NCBI GenBank assembly: GCA_964016885.1 | Contig: OZ024743.1 | Span: 130,014,001 to 130,078,000 of the forward strand | Length of the DNA: 64,000 nt | Direction of reading: 5' to 3' | Source: Eledone cirrhosa | Taxonomy: Eukaryota | Shown: positions 58,901 to 64,000 of the stretch, in pieces | Layout of the letters: every line of letters starts with the position of its first letter | How positions within the stretch are numbered: position 1 is the first letter of the stretch | Notes under the pieces: model-generated | What the model saw: only the letters and a program-made list of their open reading frames with translations | Databases searched by the model: none | Told to the model about the DNA's origin: nothing | Program-made: the position numbers and the translations under genes

Positions 58901-61900
58901 GCTGTTTGGTGTTTGGTGCTTGGTGCTTGGTGCTTGGTGTTTGGAGCTTGGTGCTTGGTGTTTGATGCTTGGTGCTTGGTGTTTGATGTTTGGTGCTTGG
59001 TGCCTGGTGCTTGTTGTTTGGTGCTTGGTGCTTGGTGTTTGGTGTTTGGTGTTTGGTGTTTGGTGTTTGGTGCTTGGTGCTTGGTGTTTGGTGTTTGGTG
59101 CTGGGTGCTTGGTGCTTGGTGTTTGGTGGTTGGTGCTTGGTGTTTGGTGCTTGGTGATTGGTGCTTGGTGTTTGGTGCTGGGTGCTTGGTGTTTCGTGCT
59201 TGGTGTTTGGTGCTTGGTGTTTGGTGTTTGATGCTTGGTGTTCGATGCTTGGTGCTTGGTGCTTGGTGTTTGGTGCTTGGTGCTTGGTCTTTGGTTCTTG
59301 GTGCTTGGTGCTTGGTCCTTGGTGTTTGGTGTTTAGTGCTTGGTGCTTGGTGCTTGGTGTTTAGTGCTTGGTGCTTGGTGCATTGTGATTAGTGTTTGGT
59401 GCTTGGTGCTTGGGGTTTGGTGTTTGGTGCTTGGTGTTTGGTGTTTGGTGCTTGGAACTTGGTGTTTGGTGCTTGGTGTTTGCTGTTTGCTGTTTGGTGT
59501 CTGCTTTTTGGTGTTTGGTTTTTGCTCAATGGTGTTGGCTGTTTCATGTTTGGTGTTTGCTGTTTGGTGTTTGGTGTTTGCTGTTTGGTGTTTGGTCTTT
59601 GGTGCTTGGTGTTTGGTGCTTGGTGCTTGGTGTTAGGTGTTTGGTGCTTGGTGTTTGGTGTTTGGTCCATGGTGCTTGGTGTTTGGTGCTTGGTGCTTGG
59701 TGTTTGTTGTTTGGTGCTTTCTGCTTGCTGCTTCGTGTTTGGTGCTTGGTGATTGGTGCTTGGTGTTTGGTGTTTTGTGCTAGGTGCTTGGTATTTGGTG
59801 TTTGGTGCTTCGTGTTTGGTGTTTGGTGCTTGGTGCTTGGGGCTCTGTGTTTGGTGCTTCGTAATTGGTGCTTGGTATTTGGTGCTTGGTGCTTGGTGCT
59901 TGGTGTTTGGTGCTTGTTGCTTGGTGTTTGGTGTTTGGTGTTTGATGCTTGGTGTTTGATGCTAGGTGCTTGGTGCTTGGCGTTTGGTGCTTGGTGCTTG
60001 GTGTTTGTACTTGGTGCTTGGTGCTTGGTGTTTGGTGCTTGGTGTTTGGTGCTTGGTGCTTGGTGTTTGGTGTTTGGTGCTTGGTGTTTGGTGCTTGGTG
60101 CTTGGTGCTTGGTGTTAGGTGTTTGGTGCTTGGTGCTTGGTGTTTCGTGCTTGGTGCTTGGTGTTTGGTGCTTGGTGCTTGGTGCTTGGTGTTTGGTGTT
60201 TAGTGCTTGGTGTTTGGTGCTTGGTGCTTGGTGCTTGGTCTTAGGTGTGTGGTGCTTGGTGCTTGGTGTTTTATGCTTGGTGCTTGGTGTTTGGTGCTTG
60301 GTGCTTGGTGTTTGGTGCTTGGTGCCTGGTGCTTGGTGTTTGGTGCTTGGTGCTTGGTGTTTGGTGTTTGGTGCTTGGTGCTTGGTGTTAGGTGTTTGGT
60401 GCTTGGTGCTTGGTGTTTGGTGTTTGGTCTTTGGTGCTTGGTGTTTGGTGCTTTGTGCTTGGTGTTTGTTGTTTGGTGCTTTCTGCTTGCTGCTTGGAGT
60501 TTGGTGCTTGGTGCTTGGTGTTTGGTGCTTGTTGCTTGGTGTTTGGTGTTTGGTGTTTGATGCTTGGTGTTTGATGCTTGGTGCTTGGTGCTTGGTGTTT
60601 GGTGCTTGGTGCTTGGTGTTTGTACTTGGTGCTTGGTGCTTGGTGTTTGGTGCTTGGTACTTGGTTTTGGTGCTTGGTGTGTGGTGTTTGCTGTTTGCTG
60701 TTTGGTGTTTGGTGTTTGCTGTTTGGTGTCTGCTTTTTGGTGTTTGGTGTTTGCTGTATGGTTTTTGCTGTTTCGTGTTTGGTGTTTGCTGTTTGGTGTT
60801 TGGTGTTTGCTGTTTAGTGTTTGGTCTCTGGTGCTTGGTGTTTGGTGCTTGGTGCTTGGTGTTTGGTGTTTGGTCCTTGGTGCCTGGTGCTTGTTGTTTG
60901 GTGATTGGTGCTTGGTGTTTGCTGTTTGCTGTTTGGTGTTTGGTGTTTGCTGTTTGGTGTTTGGTGCTTGGTGCTTGGTGCTTGGTGTTTGGAGCTTGGT
61001 GCTTGGTGTTTGATGCTTGGTGCTTGGTGTTTGATGTTTGGTGCTTGGTGCTTGGTGTTTGGTGCTTGGTGCTTGGTCTTTGGTTCTTGGTGCTTGGTGC
61101 TTGGTCCTTGGTGTTTGGTGTTTAGTGCTTGGTGCTTGGTGCTTGGTGTTTAGTGCTTGGTGCTTGGTGCATTGTGATTAGTGTTTGGTGCTTGGTGCTT
61201 GGGGTTTGGTGTTTGGTGCTTGGTGTTTGGTGTTTGGTGCTTGGAACTTGGTGTTTGGTGCTTGGTGTTTGCTGTTTGCTGTTTGGTGTCTGCTTTTTGG
61301 TGTTTGGTTTTTGCTCAATGGTGTTGGCTGTTTCATGTTTGGTGTTTGCTGTTTGGTGTTTGGTGTTTGCTGTTTGGTGTTTGGTCTTTGGTGCTTGGTG
61401 TTTGGTGCTTGGTGCTTGGTGTTAGGTGTTTGGTGCTTGGTGTTTGGTGTTTGGTCCATGGTGCTTGGTGTTTGGTGCTTGGTGCTTGGTGTTTGTTGTT
61501 TGGTGCTTTCTGCTTGCTGCTTCGTGTTTGGTGCTTGGTGATTGGTGCTTGGTGTTTGGTGTTTTGTGCTAGGTGCTTGGTATTTGGTGTTTGGTGCTTC
61601 GTGTTTGGTGTTTGGTGCTTGGTGCTTGGGGCTCTGTGTTTGGTGCTTCGTAATTGGTGCTTGGTATTTGGTGCTTGGTGCTTGGTGCTTGGTGTTTGGT
61701 GCTTGTTGCTTGGTGTTTGGTGTTTGGTGTTTGATGCTTGGTGTTTGATGCTAGGTGCTTGGTGCTTGGTGTTTGGTGCTTGGTGCTTGGTGTTTGTACT
61801 TGGTGCTTGGTGCTTGGTGTTTGGTGCTTGGTGTTTGGTGCTTGGTGCTTGGTGTTTGGTGTTTGGTGCTTGGTGTTTGGTGCTTGGTGCTTGGTGCTTG

Positions 61901-63560
61901 GTGTTAGGTGTTTGGTGCTTGGTGCTTGGTGTTTCGTGCTTGGTGCTTGGTGTTTGGTGCTTGGTGCTTGGTGCTTGGTGTTTGGTGTTTAGTGCTTGGT
62001 GTTTGGTGCTTGGTGCTTGGTGCTTGGTCTTAGGTGTGTGGTGCTTGGTGCTTGGTGTTTTATGCTTGGTGCTTGGTGTTTGGTGCTTGGTGCTTGGTGT
62101 TTGGTGCTTGGTGCCTGGTGCTTGGTGTTTGGTGCTTGGTGCTTGGTGTTTGGTGTTTGGTGCTTGGTGCTTGGTGTTAGGTGTTTGGTGCTTGGTGCTT
62201 GGTGTTTGGTGTTTGGTCTTTGGTGCTTGGTGTTTGGTGCTTTGTGCTTGGTGTTTGTTGTTTGGTGCTTTCTGCTTGCTGCTTGGAGTTTGGTGCTTGG
62301 TGCTTGGTGTTTGGTGCTTGTTGCTTGGTGTTTGGTGTTTGGTGTTTGATGCTTGGTGTTTGATGCTTGGTGCTTGGTGCTTGGTGTTTGGTGCTTGGTG
62401 CTTGGTGTTTGTACTTGGTGCTTGGTGCTTGGTGTTTGGTGCTTGGTACTTGGTTTTGGTGCTTGGTGTGTGGTGTTTGCTGTTTGCTGTTTGGTGTTTG
62501 GTGTTTGCTGTTTGGTGTCTGCTTTTTGGTGTTTGGTGTTTGCTGTATGGTTTTTGCTGTTTCGTGTTTGGTGTTTGCTGTTTGGTGTTTGGTGTTTGCT
62601 GTTTAGTGTTTGGTCTCTGGTGCTTGGTGTTTGGTGCTTGGTGCTTGGTGTTTGGTGTTTGGTCCTTGGTGCCTGGTGCTTGTTGTTTGGTGATTGGTGC
62701 TTGGTGTTTGCTGTTTGCTGTTTGGTGTTTGGTGTTTGCTGTTTGGTGTTTGGTGCTTGGTGCTTGGTGCTTGGTGTTTGGAGCTTGGTGCTTGGTGTTT
62801 GATGCTTGGTGCTTGGTGTTTGATGTTTGGTGCTTGGTGCCTGGTGCTTGTTGTTTGGTGCTTGGTGCTTGGTGTTTGGTGTTTGGTGTTTGGTGTTTGG
62901 TGTTTGGTGCTTGGTGCTTGGTGTTTGGTGTTTGGTGCTTGGTGCTTGGTGCTTGGTGTTTGGTGTTTGGTGCTGGGTGCTTGGTGCTTGGTGTTTGATG
63001 TTTGGTGCTTGGTGCCTGGTGCTTGGTGTTTGGTGGTTGGTGCTTGGTGTTTGGTGCTTGGTGATTGGTGCTTGGTGTTTGGTGCTGGGTGCTTGGTGTT
63101 TCGTGCTTGGTGTTTGGTGCTTGGTGTTTGGTGTTTGATGCTTGGTGTTCGATGCTTGGTGCTTGGTACTTGGTGTTTGGTGCTTGGTGCTTGGTCTTTG
63201 GTTCTTGGTGCTTGGTGCTTGGTGCTTGGTGCTTGGTGTTTAGTGCTTTGTGCTTGGTGCATTGTGCTTAGTGTTTGGTGCTTGGTGCTTGGGGTTTGGT
63301 GTTTGGTGCTTGGTGCTTGGTGTTTGGTGCTTGGAACTTGGTGTTTCGTGCTTGGTGTTTGCTGTTTGCTGTTTGCTGTTTAGTGTTTGGTGTTTGCTCT
63401 ATGGTGTTTGCTGTTTCATGTTTAGTGTTTGCTGTTTGGTGTTTGGTGTTTGCTGTTTGGTGTTTGGTCTTTGGTGCTTGGTGTTTGGTGCTTGGTGCTT
63501 GGTGTTTGGTGTTTGGTGCTTGGTGCTTGGTGTTAGGTGTTTGGTGCTTGGTGCTTGGTG
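50228..63560 (+). repeat. Family of about 2-kb higher-order units beginning at GCATTGTGATTAG and marked by GCTCAATGG (starts 50228, 53976, 55982, 57375, 59380, 61169)
   Basis: GCTCAATGG is at 50372, 54120, 56126, 57519, 59524 and 61313, always 144 bp after the unit start. The first and last copies are collinear at offset 10941 (50240/61181, 51662/62603, 52309/63250). Confidence 0.9.
52914..59745 (+). repeat. About 3.4-kb tandem duplication (offset 3427, then 3399, then 3398)
   Basis: 53036/56463 = 3427. 53397/56796 and 53988/57387 = 3399. 55160/58558 and 55994/59392 = 3398 after a 1-bp deletion near 58523. Confidence 0.87.
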
Positions 63561-64000
63561 TTTGGTGTTTGGTGCTTGGTGTTTGTTGTTTGGTGCTTTC
63601 TGCTTGCTGCTTGGTGTTTGGTGCTTGGTGATTGGTGCTTGGTGTTTGGTGCTTTGTGCTTGGTGTTTGGTGTTTTGTGCTAGGTGCTTGGTGCTTCGTG
63701 TTCGGTGCTTCGTGTTTGGTGCTGGGTTGTTGGTGTTTGGTGCTTGGTGCTTGGTGTTTGGTGCTTGGTGCTTGGTGCTTGGTGCTTGGTCTTTGGTGCT
63801 TGGTGTTTGGTGTTTGGTGCTCTGTGCTTGGTGCTTGGTGTTTGGTGCTTGGTGCTTGGTGCTTGGTGATTAGTGTTTGGTGCTTGGTGCTTGGGGTTTG
63901 GTGTTTGGTGCTTGGTGCTTGGTGTTTGGTGATTGGTGTTTGGTGTTTGGTGCTTGGTGCTTGGTGTTTGGTGCTTGGTGCTTGGTGCTTGTTGTTTGGT

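Larger units (their letters stand above)
2940..64000 (+). repeat. 7-bp tandem satellite array, consensus (TTGGTGY)n, G/T-rich strand on +; about 8,700 monomers; runs off the right edge of the window
   Basis: Directly visible throughout: TTGGTGC and TTGGTGT monomers with scattered single-base variants (TTGCTGT, TTGATGC, TTAGTGT, TAGGTGT, CTGGTGC, TTGGTAC, TTGGTGA). No interruption by non-repeat sequence was seen. Confidence 0.99.

Noticed and set aside
55-63873. Hundreds of ORFs, including long ones (993-2882 629 aa, 2947-5172 741 aa, 28874-31147 757 aa, 53988-55994 668 aa)
   Set aside because: They overlap in all frames with the same heptad peptide, have no unique domain, and mostly start at TTG/GTG inside monomers. 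Variation is tied to monomer position rather than codon position, and stops come from sporadic monomer variants. They are artefacts of a stop-free 7-mer.
2940-64000. CRISPR array or other repeat-spacer system
   Set aside because: There are no unique spacers between repeats, no leader and no cas or other genes. The variable positions are copied in kb-scale blocks.
2940-64000. C/T choice at monomer position 7 as an information-bearing binary code or synthetic DNA storage
   Set aside because: The string is explained by nested duplication with point mutations and monomer indels. I see no framing, addressing or non-redundant content, and no statistical test could be run here.
2940-64000. Canonical G-quadruplex array
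   Set aside because: Only GG doublets with 5-nt loops are present, with isolated GGG/GGGG variants. The G3+ four-tract pattern is not met, so at most weak two-tier structures could form.
2940-64000. Nucleosome-positioning design (21 monomers = 147 bp; 3 monomers = about 2 helical turns)
   Set aside because: This is a numerical coincidence for any 7-mer. I could not see a consistent 21-monomer or 10-bp periodicity in the variants.

Overview
The whole 64 kb window is one degenerate 7-bp satellite array of about 9,100 monomers. The consensus is TTGGTGY (TTGGTGC and TTGGTGT interspersed), with a third monomer, TTGCTGT, occurring in clusters. I see no unique sequence and no credible gene, RNA gene, transposon or CRISPR array. 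Every ORF in the track is an arithmetic by-product of a 7-mer (21-bp codon cycle giving WCLV[LF]G[AV] on one strand and TKHQ[AT]P[SN] on the other). The real structure is architectural. First, there is a clean polarity switch at 2939/2940: bases 1-2939 carry the array in reverse orientation, joined by a 14-bp near-palindrome with no spacer. Second, there is a hierarchy of near-identical kb-scale higher-order duplications (offsets 5799/5792, 2049 x3, 818, 6043/6001, 3483-3609, 4238, 5460/5412, 3720/3748, 3427/3399, about 2000, 10941). The five periods I checked equal whole monomers plus the countable 6-bp/8-bp variant monomers inside them. Third, diagnostic variants are confined to domains along the array. 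This looks like eukaryotic heterochromatic, centromeric or subtelomeric satellite, but I cannot identify the organism or function from sequence alone, and I find no evidence for a novel protein-coding system. Boundaries of higher-order units were read by eye and are approximate (about +/-30 bp unless stated).
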